Virus record (IMG/VR): IMGVR_UViG_3300025168_014097 | Coordinates: 1-64,000 of that record | Source of the DNA: a virus | Strand: one strand, 5' to 3' | DNA: 64,000 nucleotides | Part shown: positions 37,776-49,794 of the stretch, piece by piece | Layout: each line of letters starts with the position of its first letter | Position numbering within the stretch: the stretch's first letter is position 1 | The notes under the pieces: model-generated | What the model was told of the DNA's origin: nothing | The model's database searches: none | Seen by the model: only the letters and a program-made list of their open reading frames with translations | Made by a program: the position numbers and the translations under genes

Positions 37776-38689
37776 TTTACAGTCTCTTTTAGCTTTACTA
37801 ATAAGGCCATGATATTAATTTCTTTATCAACTACCATAGCATCTTTATATTGTGCTTCTGCTATATACATTATAGCTTCTGCTGTTTGTGTTGTGTATTC
37901 ATCAGTATTATCGTATAAGAATCTATATACATCTGTAAAATCTGTCGATTTACTGTCTACAACAATTTGTCTCATTTTTGATATATTTTCATTGGCTTGG
38001 ATTGATTTTAATAAATCGTTCATCCAATCAGCTTGAAGCATTGACGTCTCATCAATGACTAATCTACCATCTACTATCTGTCTTTGCAAACCGTTAATAG
38101 CTCTACGTATATCTGGATAAGTGGATTGTACAATTTGAACCAATGCTTGTGCGTATCCAGGTCCATTTCCAACTAATTCTTCATCACATATATGCTTTAA
38201 TCGTATTGCAACTTCTTTTCTTGATGGTGGAGTAATTCCAAATACCTGACATCTACTTTGTATAGGATCAATGATCTTTTCAACGTAGTTACAAGTAAGA
38301 ATGAATCTAGTAGTCTTACTGAACGTCTCCATTAAGTTTCGTAATGCTGCTTGTGCATTTGGAGTCAGATAATCTGCTTCATCTAGAATTACAACCTTTA
38401 AAGGACTGAATCCCATTGAGCTTGCAAAATCTCTAATCTTAGTTCTGACCGTATCAACATTGTTTTCATCAGATGCATTAATGTACATATGATCACATTC
38501 AATATTGTTAACTACGATCTTACCAAGAGTGGTTTTACCAGTTCCAGCTTTCCCATATAATAACAAATGGGGAATATCCCCACTTGCTATATATGATTGT
38601 ACCTTTGAAACTATTGCTTCAGATCCAATATACCCTTCCAATGTGTCAGGTCTATACTTTTCTACCCAAAGTGTATTTTCTATATTCAT
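37772..38689 (-). CDS. Clamp loader AAA+ subunit (gp44/RFC-like)
   Basis: WVEKYRP, GKAGTGKTT, NASD, DEAD, SRC. Confidence 0.93.
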   Translation of the reverse strand: MNIENTLWVEKYRPDTLEGYIGSEAIVSKVQSYIASGDIPHLLLYGKAGTGKTTLGKIVVNNIECDHMYINASDENNVDTVRTKIRDFASSMGFSPLKVVILDEADYLTPNAQAALRNLMETFSKTTRFILTCNYVEKIIDPIQSRCQVFGITPPSRKEVAIRLKHICDEELVGNGPGYAQALVQIVQSTYPDIRRAINGLQRQIVDGRLVIDETSMLQADWMNDLLKSIQANENISKMRQIVVDSKSTDFTDVYRFLYDNTDEYTTQTAEAIMYIAEAQYKDAMVVDKEINIMALLVKLKETVK

Positions 38690-38693
38690 ATTA

Positions 38694-38725
38694 TAAATAT
38701 ACGAAATTTATTTGGATTCTGCAAC
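38694..38725 (-). promoter_or_regulatory. Conserved promoter GTTG-N20-TATATT
   Basis: Minus strand GTTGCAGAATCCAAATAAATTTCGTATATTTA, a few bases before the clamp loader ATG. Confidence 0.75.
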
Positions 38726-38932
38726 TTTTTTATCGGTATTTATTAGTGATTTTAATGCTTCTAATTTACCATCAGATGTTGCAATTGCATCTAGCAATTT
38801 ATCCATTTCACCAACGACGTCAGGATGTTCTCCTACACCTACTGGATGTTGTAGATAAGTATTTAGATTAGCTACTGCCACAGCTCTGTCTGCTTCACAT
38901 TTTTTTACTATTGCGTTTACATATATTTCCAT
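38708..38932 (-). CDS. Small helical hypothetical phage protein
   Basis: HPVGVGEHPD hairpin between two helices. Confidence 0.65.
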   Translation of the reverse strand: MEIYVNAIVKKCEADRAVAVANLNTYLQHPVGVGEHPDVVGEMDKLLDAIATSDGKLEALKSLINTDKKVAESK

Positions 38933-38939
38933 AATCTCT

Positions 38940-40878
<1,939 letters not shown>

Positions 40879-40890
40879 AACTACTCTCCT

Positions 40891-41622
40891 TTAATTGTTT
40901 TGTGTTTGTACTAAATAATAAACAGACTTATAGTCTGGGCCTTCTATTGTTACTCTAGCTAATCCGTCAGGACTAACCTCCATTAATCCTGAAGTCATAT
41001 CTCTATTGGCTAGTAATATTTCCTTCATATGATCTGCTGAAAAAGAAATATATTCTAAATCAGGTACTTCTGTATTTGCGTTTGTTACATCAAATATAAT
41101 CTTATTAGTCGCCATCGAGTCTGAGTGACCTATAATTACTTGCAATTTGTCTCCGAAATCATTTGCTACTACTGTGAAATTTGTTTCTTCAGATAAAGCT
41201 GCTTTTGCTCTGATAAATCTAGACACAAAGTCTCCATCTACTGTAATAGTTGTAGTGAATTCTGGTATCTGTTTAAGTTTTGGAGCTTTTGGTATTATCG
41301 ATTCTTCTGATAGAATGTACTCTAACATTGTAGTACTGTCAGTCATCCCTATTGAATAATTGCGACCTTCTTGATGATTTACCAATACGTTAATATCAGT
41401 ATCTAATACGCTAATAAGTTTTTTGAGTTGTGATGTTGTGTATATACAATAATCACCTTCTGTGAATCCGATGCCCTTATACTTAACGTTTCCTAATAAC
41501 GTCTTGTCATCAGATATAAAGTTTGTGCGCATCTCTTCTTTAGATACATTCCACTTTACAGATTCGACACCACCTCCTAATGAGTATTTGTCTATAAAAC
41601 CATTTAATTTTTGTTTGTCCAT
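40891..41622 (-). CDS. Sliding clamp (gp45-like)
   Basis: 243 aa alternating beta/alpha pattern, GLARV..YYLV C-terminus, located between PolB and clamp loader. Confidence 0.7.
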   Translation of the reverse strand: MDKQKLNGFIDKYSLGGGVESVKWNVSKEEMRTNFISDDKTLLGNVKYKGIGFTEGDYCIYTTSQLKKLISVLDTDINVLVNHQEGRNYSIGMTDSTTMLEYILSEESIIPKAPKLKQIPEFTTTITVDGDFVSRFIRAKAALSEETNFTVVANDFGDKLQVIIGHSDSMATNKIIFDVTNANTEVPDLEYISFSADHMKEILLANRDMTSGLMEVSPDGLARVTIEGPDYKSVYYLVQTQNN

Positions 41623-41646
41623 ATAATAACCTTTATTTTTTCTATA

Positions 41647-41654
41647 TATAAATA
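41647..41654 (-). promoter_or_regulatory. TATTTATA motif, candidate phage-specific promoter
   Basis: Intergenic, about 25 bp upstream of the clamp gene. Confidence 0.3.
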
Positions 41655-41663
41655 TATATTAAG

Positions 41664-44177
41664 TTAACTAAAATCGAAAAATTTCCGTATCATTTTCGTA
41701 TTTTTTGCTGGTAATTTACCCCACTTCAATGCAGTGTAAAAAGCCGATAATTTATTTTCTAAATCTGACTGAAAGTGTCTATTATAGTCGATATATTTTT
41801 CTATATATTGAACTATCTCAATCGGATCGTCATATCCCTTCATTGCTAAACTGTCATATCCATAAGGATTCTGTTTCAAGTATACCCATTTAATTTTATC
41901 ACTACTCCGAATCTCACCTAAATGCGTCTGCTTGAGTGCTGTGATCATATCATTGTACGAAATGGCTGCTTTGACATGTGCTGGGCATCCTTTACGAGTT
42001 GCTGTTCGTGTAGACCCATCAAATTCCAACTTATACTTTTGAATATTCTTTACACCCGTCGGCTTAGCTACATCTAGTATAGGAAGAGTTTCTATCTCAT
42101 CTCGAAAGTCTAATACTTTATTATCAACATACTCTTGTGTTTTATTTTGTAGAATATCTTGCAATACTCCTGCCATAAAAGTTCTAAGTGCAGCTGGAAA
42201 GTTTGATCGTACAACATCAATACCCTTGACATCTAATTTATCTACTGGGTGTCCCTCAACGTTAATGATCCATTGAGCATATCGTTTCTTAGCTATCCAT
42301 ATTCCCGCCTTTGCAATAGTCTCTTGTTTAATGTCAAATCTGTGATCGTCTATATTAAACAATTTCTTAGCCATAACATCATATGTTTTATTCATATGAT
42401 CTTGAACATCTTTTGCAATGATAAGAATCTTCTCAGACATTATTTTATCGTCTGTTATATCAACGTTGGGATACCGCTTCTTAACAAGTGGAAGAGCTGA
42501 GAAGAATACTGAGTCGGTATCTGTATAGATGCAATGTTCCTTAACTTCTTCTAACTCTTTGCTATAATACTGATCACCTATTTTAGCTGTGGTCTTAATT
42601 ACAGTTTGTCCTGTAGTGGTTACAGCTTCTGCGTTGTCCAAGTCAAAGAATCTAAACGATGCTAAACCTAATACCCCATACATTGAGTTCAATAGGATCT
42701 TTTGAGTATATTGCTTTTGATCGTAGAATTCAGCCTTGACCGTATCACCTTCTTTCTCATACTTCTTACGTAGGTTTTTATACTCAACTCTTTCTTCAAA
42801 CCACGTATTCAAAATAGATGGAACAAGTCCAGGTCGCGACTTATCAAACATAACACCATTAGCAGCTACTGAGTAATTCTTTTCTTCAATGAATTCTTTA
42901 TACTCAGCCATATGCATTTTCTTATTAGTTTTACCTAACTGAACCGTAAAGTTTCTATCTTTATCCTTATTGAACGCATCTTGATCCCAATCAATTACCT
43001 TTCCCATTTTAGTTTCAGGACTGATATTGAGTGACATAATAATAGAAGGATATAGGGATGTTAAATCTAAATCGTATATCCACTCATACCTACCAGGGTT
43101 TGGTACCTTAACAAATGCTCCAGTAAACTTACCTTCCCGCTTACGCTTTTCCGGTTTATTCTTTGTTACGATTCCTAGTCTATTACAATATGTAAGAATT
43201 GCTCCTTCGAGATAATTAGATGTAATATGGATATACTCATATCGTACATGACCCTTATGACATATTGCTCTAGTCAGATCTAAGAATTTTAACTTATCAT
43301 CTAACCGCTTTACGATCTCAACATCATTTAAGTTATACTCAATATACTTATCAATATCCTTTTCGAATAAATCATCTAGAGTTCCATCATACTCAATCTT
43401 CCCCAATCCAACTTCAGTCTGTCCTATTGCGTCTAGTCTATACGATGATCTTTCACCAATAGTATATTTACGATATAATGGTAGGTAATCTAAACAAGAC
43501 ACTCCTTCTATATAATAGCGATCTAAATGCTCTCTATAGTTTACCTTTCCAATGGGACTCAATGAGTTTGCATAATCATCACCCAATACAGTTTTTATTC
43601 TATTGTAAAGATACGGTACATCAAATCCTTCAATGTTCCATCCAGTGAGAATCGTTGGATCTAATTCTACATACTTCTCTAGAAATTTGTATAGAAGTTC
43701 TCCTTCAGTTTTACATATTACTACTTCACAATTGTCTTTAGATACACTCTTTACACGATCCTTTTCATCTAATACGAAAACTCCATACTTATCTATCGAT
43801 CGTTCATACCAAGCTATTGCTGTAATCTTATTTACTGGATCTCTCCAATCAGGGAAGCCTTGAAGTATTTCAGTCTCAATATCAAAGAACACTTCTCTAT
43901 GATTTGTAGATGGAAAGTCTGAGTCTCCATACTCATGAATCAATGCTTTAGTTTCCATTGGAACATCATATTCATATAGTTTACCCGATCGTTCATCTTC
44001 TTCCGACCATCGTTTAACAACTCGTACAGTTTTACCATCAATAGCTTTCCTCTGACCTCTTGGATCTTTGAGGTAAGCATATCGATACTTACTTATCGGG
44101 TTCTTGATATGACCTAACTCGTCATCCCAAATATGAACCGTACGAGTTTTGTAATCTACATAAATATTTTGATACAT
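41664..44177 (-). CDS. Family B DNA polymerase (gp43-like)
   Basis: ExoI DIET, ExoII N..FD, ExoIII YN..D, DLTSLYPS, K..LNSMYG, YTDTDS, KKRY. Confidence 0.96.
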   Translation of the reverse strand: MYQNIYVDYKTRTVHIWDDELGHIKNPISKYRYAYLKDPRGQRKAIDGKTVRVVKRWSEEDERSGKLYEYDVPMETKALIHEYGDSDFPSTNHREVFFDIETEILQGFPDWRDPVNKITAIAWYERSIDKYGVFVLDEKDRVKSVSKDNCEVVICKTEGELLYKFLEKYVELDPTILTGWNIEGFDVPYLYNRIKTVLGDDYANSLSPIGKVNYREHLDRYYIEGVSCLDYLPLYRKYTIGERSSYRLDAIGQTEVGLGKIEYDGTLDDLFEKDIDKYIEYNLNDVEIVKRLDDKLKFLDLTRAICHKGHVRYEYIHITSNYLEGAILTYCNRLGIVTKNKPEKRKREGKFTGAFVKVPNPGRYEWIYDLDLTSLYPSIIMSLNISPETKMGKVIDWDQDAFNKDKDRNFTVQLGKTNKKMHMAEYKEFIEEKNYSVAANGVMFDKSRPGLVPSILNTWFEERVEYKNLRKKYEKEGDTVKAEFYDQKQYTQKILLNSMYGVLGLASFRFFDLDNAEAVTTTGQTVIKTTAKIGDQYYSKELEEVKEHCIYTDTDSVFFSALPLVKKRYPNVDITDDKIMSEKILIIAKDVQDHMNKTYDVMAKKLFNIDDHRFDIKQETIAKAGIWIAKKRYAQWIINVEGHPVDKLDVKGIDVVRSNFPAALRTFMAGVLQDILQNKTQEYVDNKVLDFRDEIETLPILDVAKPTGVKNIQKYKLEFDGSTRTATRKGCPAHVKAAISYNDMITALKQTHLGEIRSSDKIKWVYLKQNPYGYDSLAMKGYDDPIEIVQYIEKYIDYNRHFQSDLENKLSAFYTALKWGKLPAKNTKMIRKFFDFS

Positions 44178-44181
44178 ATAT

Positions 44182-44337
44182 CTAAACTAATTCTTCAATT
44201 ATTCCTACAATTTCACTAACAATTAATACTCCCATTGCTATCGTTAAATCGAAAGGTAATAATATATACCCTAGTATTCTTATTCCTGATTTTACAAAAC
44301 TAATTGTCTGATGCATTTTTGCGTCTGGTTGTTTCAT
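44182..44337 (-). CDS. Small membrane protein
   Basis: 51 aa from ATG 44337 with GGAG RBS; hydrophobic, ends EELV. Confidence 0.6.
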   Translation of the reverse strand: MKQPDAKMHQTISFVKSGIRILGYILLPFDLTIAMGVLIVSEIVGIIEELV

Positions 44338-44338
44338 T

Positions 44339-45184
44339 TTACTTCTCCAATATATTGCGCATCCAATTAATATTTGCATTAATCATTTTTTCTACCGACA
44401 TTTGTTTATTGTCAATACTATGCTTCTTAGCTGTTCTCTGAATATGAAAGTCCACCTCTAATTCTGACTTACCGTTCTTCAATCCAGTTGTACTATCATC
44501 TAATAATACACCATTGATCCCATGCCAAAAAGGTGAAGAGCTATCATTCGTGTCCATAACACCTAAAGCTCTCTGTGTGATCAATTCTCTTGGTCCATCG
44601 CCCAATCCTAAATAGTGATGGGAAAGATCTTTTCTTTGAGATACTAATCCTTCTCTACACATATAAGCAGTTGCAAAAATTCTATTAGCTGCTATATCGT
44701 TCGTACCAGTCAACCCACAAAATGCATTAGGCATTCCTAATATAGACATTCCCATAACTTTTACTTCTGGAAGCTCTGCTAATCTTTTATAGCATTCTAA
44801 CCATCCTTTATAGTTTCCCGTCTCTGATTGTGGTACTGCCATTATTTCATAGTCTTCATCCTTAGCCATTTCAATAAAAGCAACTGTGGAGTCGTATGTT
44901 ACACTCCAAGGCTCGAATGGATAATCTGGCGCTACTACATAAGTTGGCTTCACACCACTGTCTGCAATTAACTTCATTAGTGGTTCTGGATCTAAACTCT
45001 TTTTAAATTCAAATGCACCATTATCACATATGATGGTATCACCTCTATCAGCTTTTTCTCTATAATAAGCTGCGTATTGTTTATCTTTTAATAAATGTGC
45101 TAATATCAAGTGAAAATCAGCATCTTCCGGTATAAGGTCTAAATACTCTACTGGAGCTATGTAACCAAATTTAGTTTTTTTCAT
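44339..45184 (-). CDS. dpdA: TGT-fold DNA guanine transglycosylase candidate (DpdA family, possibly DpdA3)
   Basis: DNGAFE (cf. TGT DSG), PD, AVPQ, HYLG, DSSSP in TGT order; located in a folE-queE-queD cluster. Confidence 0.72.
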   Translation of the reverse strand: MKKTKFGYIAPVEYLDLIPEDADFHLILAHLLKDKQYAAYYREKADRGDTIICDNGAFEFKKSLDPEPLMKLIADSGVKPTYVVAPDYPFEPWSVTYDSTVAFIEMAKDEDYEIMAVPQSETGNYKGWLECYKRLAELPEVKVMGMSILGMPNAFCGLTGTNDIAANRIFATAYMCREGLVSQRKDLSHHYLGLGDGPRELITQRALGVMDTNDSSSPFWHGINGVLLDDSTTGLKNGKSELEVDFHIQRTAKKHSIDNKQMSVEKMINANINWMRNILEK

Positions 45185-45632
45185 ATTTTTTCTTTTCCAT
45201 ATATTGTTTAACTTCTTGTAATCCTAATTCATTATCTTTAAGTAAATATTCTTCAAATGTATTTCGATCAAATTCAATATCCTTTGAATCTCCTCTACTA
45301 CAAAATCGTTCAAAACACATATCTAAAGGTGTATTCATCCAAATCATTTCTGCTTCTGGATATGCTGATACAATCTCTACTTGTCTTGGCCCACTTATTA
45401 CTACTCCTTTTTTCTTAGTAGTTCGTCTAAGTTCTCCAATCTGATAGATAATTTGTGTAGATATCTCTGGATGACCTTGTAGTTTATCTCGCTTATTTGT
45501 ATCTAATATTCCTCTGACTATGTCTGAGATTTCTATAAGATCATAATCTAAATCATCTGATAGTAATCTAGCTTCATAAGTTTTTCCGCTACAGATTGTT
45601 CCTGCGACAAATATTATATGATCTCTATACAT
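45171..45632 (-). CDS. P-loop nucleotide kinase (NMP/dephospho-CoA kinase-like)
   Basis: IFVAGTICSGKT, SD.VR, SGPR, ER..SR lid. Confidence 0.75.
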   Translation of the reverse strand: MYRDHIIFVAGTICSGKTYEARLLSDDLDYDLIEISDIVRGILDTNKRDKLQGHPEISTQIIYQIGELRRTTKKKGVVISGPRQVEIVSAYPEAEMIWMNTPLDMCFERFCSRGDSKDIEFDRNTFEEYLLKDNELGLQEVKQYMEKKKYEKN

Positions 45633-45972
45633 AGACCTCTGCACCATTCTCGTTATCCTCAAATACGGAGACGTATACGCATTTGAATTCTTTTAATATT
45701 TCTTCAGCTAACATTTCACAGGACTTAGCTCCGAACTCATGTGTCCTGGATTGTAGATTATAATATGTATGTCCTAACCATTGTTCAATATCTCTCTTGA
45801 ACATGATAAACTCTACATCTCTATCATCATGATTAACTTGTTTCTTAGCAGTGATAAACCATTTATGTCTATGCATACTTGATAAGAATCCTACTTCTGG
45901 GACTATTGATTGAGCATCTGGCCAATTATGTAATCCTTCTATTTCTAACTTTACTATTACGTTTGTCTTCAT
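45625..45972 (-). CDS. dpdL: QueD-paralogous T-fold protein, DpdL-like (predicted CDG decarboxylase)
   Basis: H..., LSSMHRHKWF (LxxxHRH), SCEMLA, V.EDNEN; second T-fold protein in the cluster, without the QueD CxxxHGH cysteine. Confidence 0.68.
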   Translation of the reverse strand: MKTNVIVKLEIEGLHNWPDAQSIVPEVGFLSSMHRHKWFITAKKQVNHDDRDVEFIMFKRDIEQWLGHTYYNLQSRTHEFGAKSCEMLAEEILKEFKCVYVSVFEDNENGAEVYV

Positions 45973-45980
45973 ATTACTCT

Positions 45981-46011
45981 TAATATACGATTTTTTATTC
46001 GATCTAGCTAC
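45981..46011 (-). promoter_or_regulatory. Conserved promoter variant GTAG-N20-TATATT
   Basis: Minus strand GTAGCTAGATCGAATAAAAAATCGTATATTA, directly upstream of the dpdL-kinase-dpdA-polB run. Confidence 0.65.
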
Positions 46012-46526
46012 TAAACCTTTAGAAACTTTTTATATGCACTTGACATTCTATCAAAAAATTTAGTTTTAAGAATAGCAGAATGAGCTTTATTAAGCTCTTC
46101 TCTATCTGCTATATTTATTAAAAATGTTGGTGCAAATGATCTGGGGTTGTATCCATCTATCTCAGTAACTTCATCGTTAGGATTAAAGCATATGATTTTA
46201 TATTGTGGATATCTATTCTTTTTAAGTAGTTTGTTTAGAAAACTCTGATAGGATCTAGTTTCATTAGATGATAATTCACCTGAGTTTACTAGAGCAAATA
46301 AAGCTGACTTGTACTTACTTTTATGAAAAACCTCAACACGTTCTATAAACGTTTCAATATTTGGATCAAATACATCTATCATCATTAGATCTTTATCTAA
46401 TTCAGTACCAACAAATGGACAGACCGGCATATTTCCATATTCAGGACGTTTTTGTTTTATGATAAAGTCGAGATAACCCCTAACTCTCTTTTTTAGAGTT
46501 GTATATGGACATCCTGACTTTTTCAT
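46011..46526 (-). CDS. Hypothetical protein with CPF motif
   Basis: GNMPVCPFV, FNP.D; no confident family. Confidence 0.65.
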   Translation of the reverse strand: MKKSGCPYTTLKKRVRGYLDFIIKQKRPEYGNMPVCPFVGTELDKDLMMIDVFDPNIETFIERVEVFHKSKYKSALFALVNSGELSSNETRSYQSFLNKLLKKNRYPQYKIICFNPNDEVTEIDGYNPRSFAPTFLINIADREELNKAHSAILKTKFFDRMSSAYKKFLKV

Positions 46527-46529
46527 ATC

Positions 46530-47024
46530 TTACTTAACGTCTTTATCTTTTTGCCACTGACCATCATATAATTCTGCAGAATTGTTCTCAAACATAATAA
46601 TTTGAGCTAACCGTGCACCTTTTTCCAATACAACTGATTTGGTAAGTGTCATTACACCACCCATCTGATCCACTTCAAATCCTGGATCATACACACCACT
46701 TGTTACAGTTCCACCCATTCTAAGAATAGATGATCTCTGACGGATGAATGCAGTTGTCTTATCATCTAGCTTACATCCTTGTTCAAACGTAACACTATAA
46801 ATCCCTGGATGTAGTACCCACACATTCCGTTCATCACCTTCTGATTTTTCTACAGTTGATAATGTAACATCATCATATTTATCCAACATAGTAGCATCTG
46901 AGAATAACATTCCACCTCTGATAGCTTTTACATCTACTACGGTTAGATCATAACCTACTTGAGCTTTTTTTCCTTTACCATTTGTGGTAAGCATTTGCTC
47001 AACTTGATTTGCATTTAATAACAT
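46530..47024 (-). CDS. dCTP deaminase / trimeric dUTPase family protein
   Basis: GYDL, RSS, DPGF, RLAQI, YDGQWQ. Confidence 0.85.
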   Translation of the reverse strand: MLLNANQVEQMLTTNGKGKKAQVGYDLTVVDVKAIRGGMLFSDATMLDKYDDVTLSTVEKSEGDERNVWVLHPGIYSVTFEQGCKLDDKTTAFIRQRSSILRMGGTVTSGVYDPGFEVDQMGGVMTLTKSVVLEKGARLAQIIMFENNSAELYDGQWQKDKDVK

Positions 47025-47025
47025 A

Positions 47026-47175
47026 TTATATCTCGAATCCTAAATTCAATACCATAAGCCTAAATTTACTCCCATACCACTTTACTTCTAATACAGTGAA
47101 GGTTCCAATTCTACATTCTAAATAATACTTTTCTTTTTTGTTTCCAGCATCAAAGCCGTTTATCCAATTTACCAT
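47026..47175 (-). CDS. Small hypothetical protein (49 aa)
   Basis: MVNWINGFDAGNKKEKYY...NLGFEI; fills the gap exactly, GGAG RBS; below the ORF-track cutoff. Confidence 0.6.
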   Translation of the reverse strand: MVNWINGFDAGNKKEKYYLECRIGTFTVLEVKWYGSKFRLMVLNLGFEI

Positions 47176-47177
47176 TT

Positions 47178-47717
47178 TTATTCTCCGTTTTCTAATTTGT
47201 AAATAGCAGGAAGATTTCTACTTAATCCATTGTCGTCTAATCCATAACCAACGACCCACTCGTCGTTAATTTCAAATCCGTAAACATCCATTGGATGATC
47301 TCCACCTTTTCTTTTTAATAATGTTACTATCTTGATACTATTTGGTAATTGTGAACTGAGATGTAAATATACCTCTTTCATTGTTTCACCCGTATCAATT
47401 ATATCTTCTATAATATACACATTTTTTCCCTGAATAGCAACTTCTATATCTTTTAATATTTTAACTCCTCCTGAGTTATCCTTTCCTTCATATGACTTAG
47501 CTCTTATAAAATCTATTTCACACAATCCGTGGTATTGTTTTACCAAGTCACTGAAGAACATAAATGCTCCATTTAATACGCATATAAATACCGGTGGTGA
47601 GGATGCATTTCTTTTATCTTCAACTTGTTCTATCATTTGAGCCATCTCTACAATCCTTGATTGTATCTGGTCGTGTGTTATCATTTGTTCCATACTAAAT
47701 ATCTTTTCTTGTTTCAT
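47178..47717 (-). CDS. hpt: Hypoxanthine/guanine phosphoribosyltransferase
   Basis: VLNGAFMF, KSY, IEDIIDTGET PRPP loop, WVVGYGLD..RNL. Confidence 0.92.
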   Translation of the reverse strand: MKQEKIFSMEQMITHDQIQSRIVEMAQMIEQVEDKRNASSPPVFICVLNGAFMFFSDLVKQYHGLCEIDFIRAKSYEGKDNSGGVKILKDIEVAIQGKNVYIIEDIIDTGETMKEVYLHLSSQLPNSIKIVTLLKRKGGDHPMDVYGFEINDEWVVGYGLDDNGLSRNLPAIYKLENGE

Positions 47718-47718
47718 G

Positions 47719-48183
47719 TTATTCTTTATATATCGCTGAATTATTGCCATTTTCCATAAACTCTACACTTGAGATTTTAACACGGCCATCAGTTTCTAGT
47801 TGTACAAACTTGTTTAGTTTATTAAACACATACTCTGCAAACTTCTCTGCTCCAGTAGCTTCAACTTCTCTTAACTGTATAACTCCTAGATCAGATAATG
47901 ATTGAAACATTAATGCTTCTGGATCATCTTTAGCTATAACGACTGTATGATCAAACATATAGTCCATCCATGCTTTTGGTTGCATACCATCTATAAGATT
48001 TTTAGCTCTCTTCATGCCTCCGAAGTCCCATACCCAATTTTTATGATCCAACTCTCCTTCAAATACTACCTTGAATGATACAGCGTATCCATGTAAATAT
48101 TTACAATGAGTTTCTACTGCTTTCCATTGTCTAAAGCAGCAAGTGAATCCACTGAATAGTTTGGTTGATTGATATTTTGCCAT
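47719..48183 (-). CDS. queD: 6-carboxy-5,6,7,8-tetrahydropterin synthase
   Basis: HCKYLHGY, WVWDFG, FDH, AEKFA, E..NSA. Confidence 0.85.
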   Translation of the reverse strand: MAKYQSTKLFSGFTCCFRQWKAVETHCKYLHGYAVSFKVVFEGELDHKNWVWDFGGMKRAKNLIDGMQPKAWMDYMFDHTVVIAKDDPEALMFQSLSDLGVIQLREVEATGAEKFAEYVFNKLNKFVQLETDGRVKISSVEFMENGNNSAIYKE

Positions 48184-48190
48184 ATTGTAT

Positions 48191-48349
48191 TTACCCTTTA
48201 TTGTTTTGTTTATCATATTGATGTATAGCTATTCTTAACTTTGTAATTAAATCTTTTACATCATCTGGATCTAGTGTTATTGCGCAACATGTATCCTCAA
48301 TATGATCTTCTAGTTCTTTTACAATAGCATATATTTCTTTTACAGTCAT
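48191..48349 (-). CDS. Small hypothetical protein (52 aa)
   Basis: MTVKEIYAIVKELEDHIEDTCCAITLD...; ATG overlaps the queE TAA; below the ORF-track cutoff. Confidence 0.55.
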   Translation of the reverse strand: MTVKEIYAIVKELEDHIEDTCCAITLDPDDVKDLITKLRIAIHQYDKQNNKG

Positions 48350-49122
48350 TATACACCACGTTCTATGTCATATGCTATAATATGATCTCTCCCAGTCATA
48401 TTATATCCATGTTCTGCTACCATTTCGAATACTAAAGGATACATCTGAATTAACGTTTCTCTCGTATCTCCTGCAGGCATTATATAAGTCTTATCTTTCG
48501 GAATATCTAATTCAATCCTATACGCTTCAATTTCTGCAAGATTTTCATCTGTTCCATCCCATACTGGCTTGAAATGGTAATCTTTGTGAAATGACATCAT
48601 TTGTTTTATTGCTTCCGTATTTTGTCTTTTTCTGTTATGTGTATCTATAAATCTTTGGTCAATAACTTTCCCAGCTGGAGTAATAGCTCCAACAACAGGA
48701 ACGGAATTACTAAACTTAGGACTAAGACTAATAAGATCAATAGGATAATCGGTTTCAACAAAAGCAGATCCTTCAGTTTCAATAGTAATAATAATATTTC
48801 TTTCATAAGCAAAGTGTGTTAACTCATTAACCAACGCTGGGTGCATTGTTGGTGATCCACCAGTTAACATCATTTCTTTTACTTGTGGATTCTCGTCATA
48901 TATTTTGACTATATCATTAAAGGTAAATGTACCTTTTTCTGGATGTATGGAGGTATACCATGAGTCGCACCATCCTCCTTCACCAAAGTAGCAACGGTGA
49001 GTACAACCAGTAGTTCTAACTGCAATTGTTGGTCTTCCAAACCTACTTCCTTCGGATTGAACACACCTATATACTTCTAGTATAGGTAATACCTTATCGT
49101 AATCTAAAATTCGTTTATTCAC
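48349..49122 (-). CDS. queE: 7-carboxy-7-deazaguanine synthase (radical SAM)
   Basis: QSEG..G, R..GCTHRCYFGEGGWCDS (Cx3Cx7C), TGGSP, IETEGS, SPK. Confidence 0.9.
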   Translation of the reverse strand: MNKRILDYDKVLPILEVYRCVQSEGSRFGRPTIAVRTTGCTHRCYFGEGGWCDSWYTSIHPEKGTFTFNDIVKIYDENPQVKEMMLTGGSPTMHPALVNELTHFAYERNIIITIETEGSAFVETDYPIDLISLSPKFSNSVPVVGAITPAGKVIDQRFIDTHNRKRQNTEAIKQMMSFHKDYHFKPVWDGTDENLAEIEAYRIELDIPKDKTYIMPAGDTRETLIQMYPLVFEMVAEHGYNMTGRDHIIAYDIERGV

Positions 49123-49763
49123 TATGCCAATCTACTTTGATCTATTAGATTAAAAAATTCTGCCCTTGTAATATCAGCTTCGATAAATCTTCCAGACATT
49201 TGAGATGTTTTCATAACACTATCATGTTTAATACCTCTACACTTAACACAATTATGTTGTGATTCAATAACTACTGCAACTCCTCTATGTCCTTCACACA
49301 ATTTTTCAACGTGATCGTGAATTTGCTTCGTCAATGATTCTTGAATATTTGGTCTTCTTGAATAAAAGTCAACTATACGGTTCAACTTACTTAACCCAAC
49401 TACCATATCAGTCTTCTCTTTTCCTGGGATGTAAGCTACATGAGCTACTCCTGAGAATGTAAGATTATGATGTGCACACATACTCATTACCGGTATTCTT
49501 GTTTGGCATATTAGTCCCGTATAACCTTCATCGTTTGGGAATGCAGTAATAACTGGTTCAGCTCCTATCGATCCTGCGATCAGGTCATTTACCCATGCTT
49601 TTGCAACTCTTTGTGGAGTTCGATCACTATGCTTGTCGGCTTTCCAATCAAATCCTAATGCTTCTAAAAATTGACCGTAATGTACTGCAGCTTGTTCAAT
49701 CATTAAAGCTTTCTCAGCTTCTGTTCTTGGCATATTGCCATTCGCTTTTTTTAATAAATCCAT
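49122..49763 (-). CDS. folE: GTP cyclohydrolase I
   Basis: [31 protein letters not shown]. Confidence 0.95.
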   Translation of the reverse strand: MDLLKKANGNMPRTEAEKALMIEQAAVHYGQFLEALGFDWKADKHSDRTPQRVAKAWVNDLIAGSIGAEPVITAFPNDEGYTGLICQTRIPVMSMCAHHNLTFSGVAHVAYIPGKEKTDMVVGLSKLNRIVDFYSRRPNIQESLTKQIHDHVEKLCEGHRGVAVVIESQHNCVKCRGIKHDSVMKTSQMSGRFIEADITRAEFFNLIDQSRLA

Positions 49764-49794
49764 AACCTTTTCTTTTCTTTATTATTATATTACT

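Noticed and set aside
44339-49763. tRNA queuosine or folate biosynthesis operon
   Set aside because: No queC, queF, queA or folate genes; the TGT-fold protein is short and lacks the Zn-binding motif of tRNA TGTs; context is DNA replication
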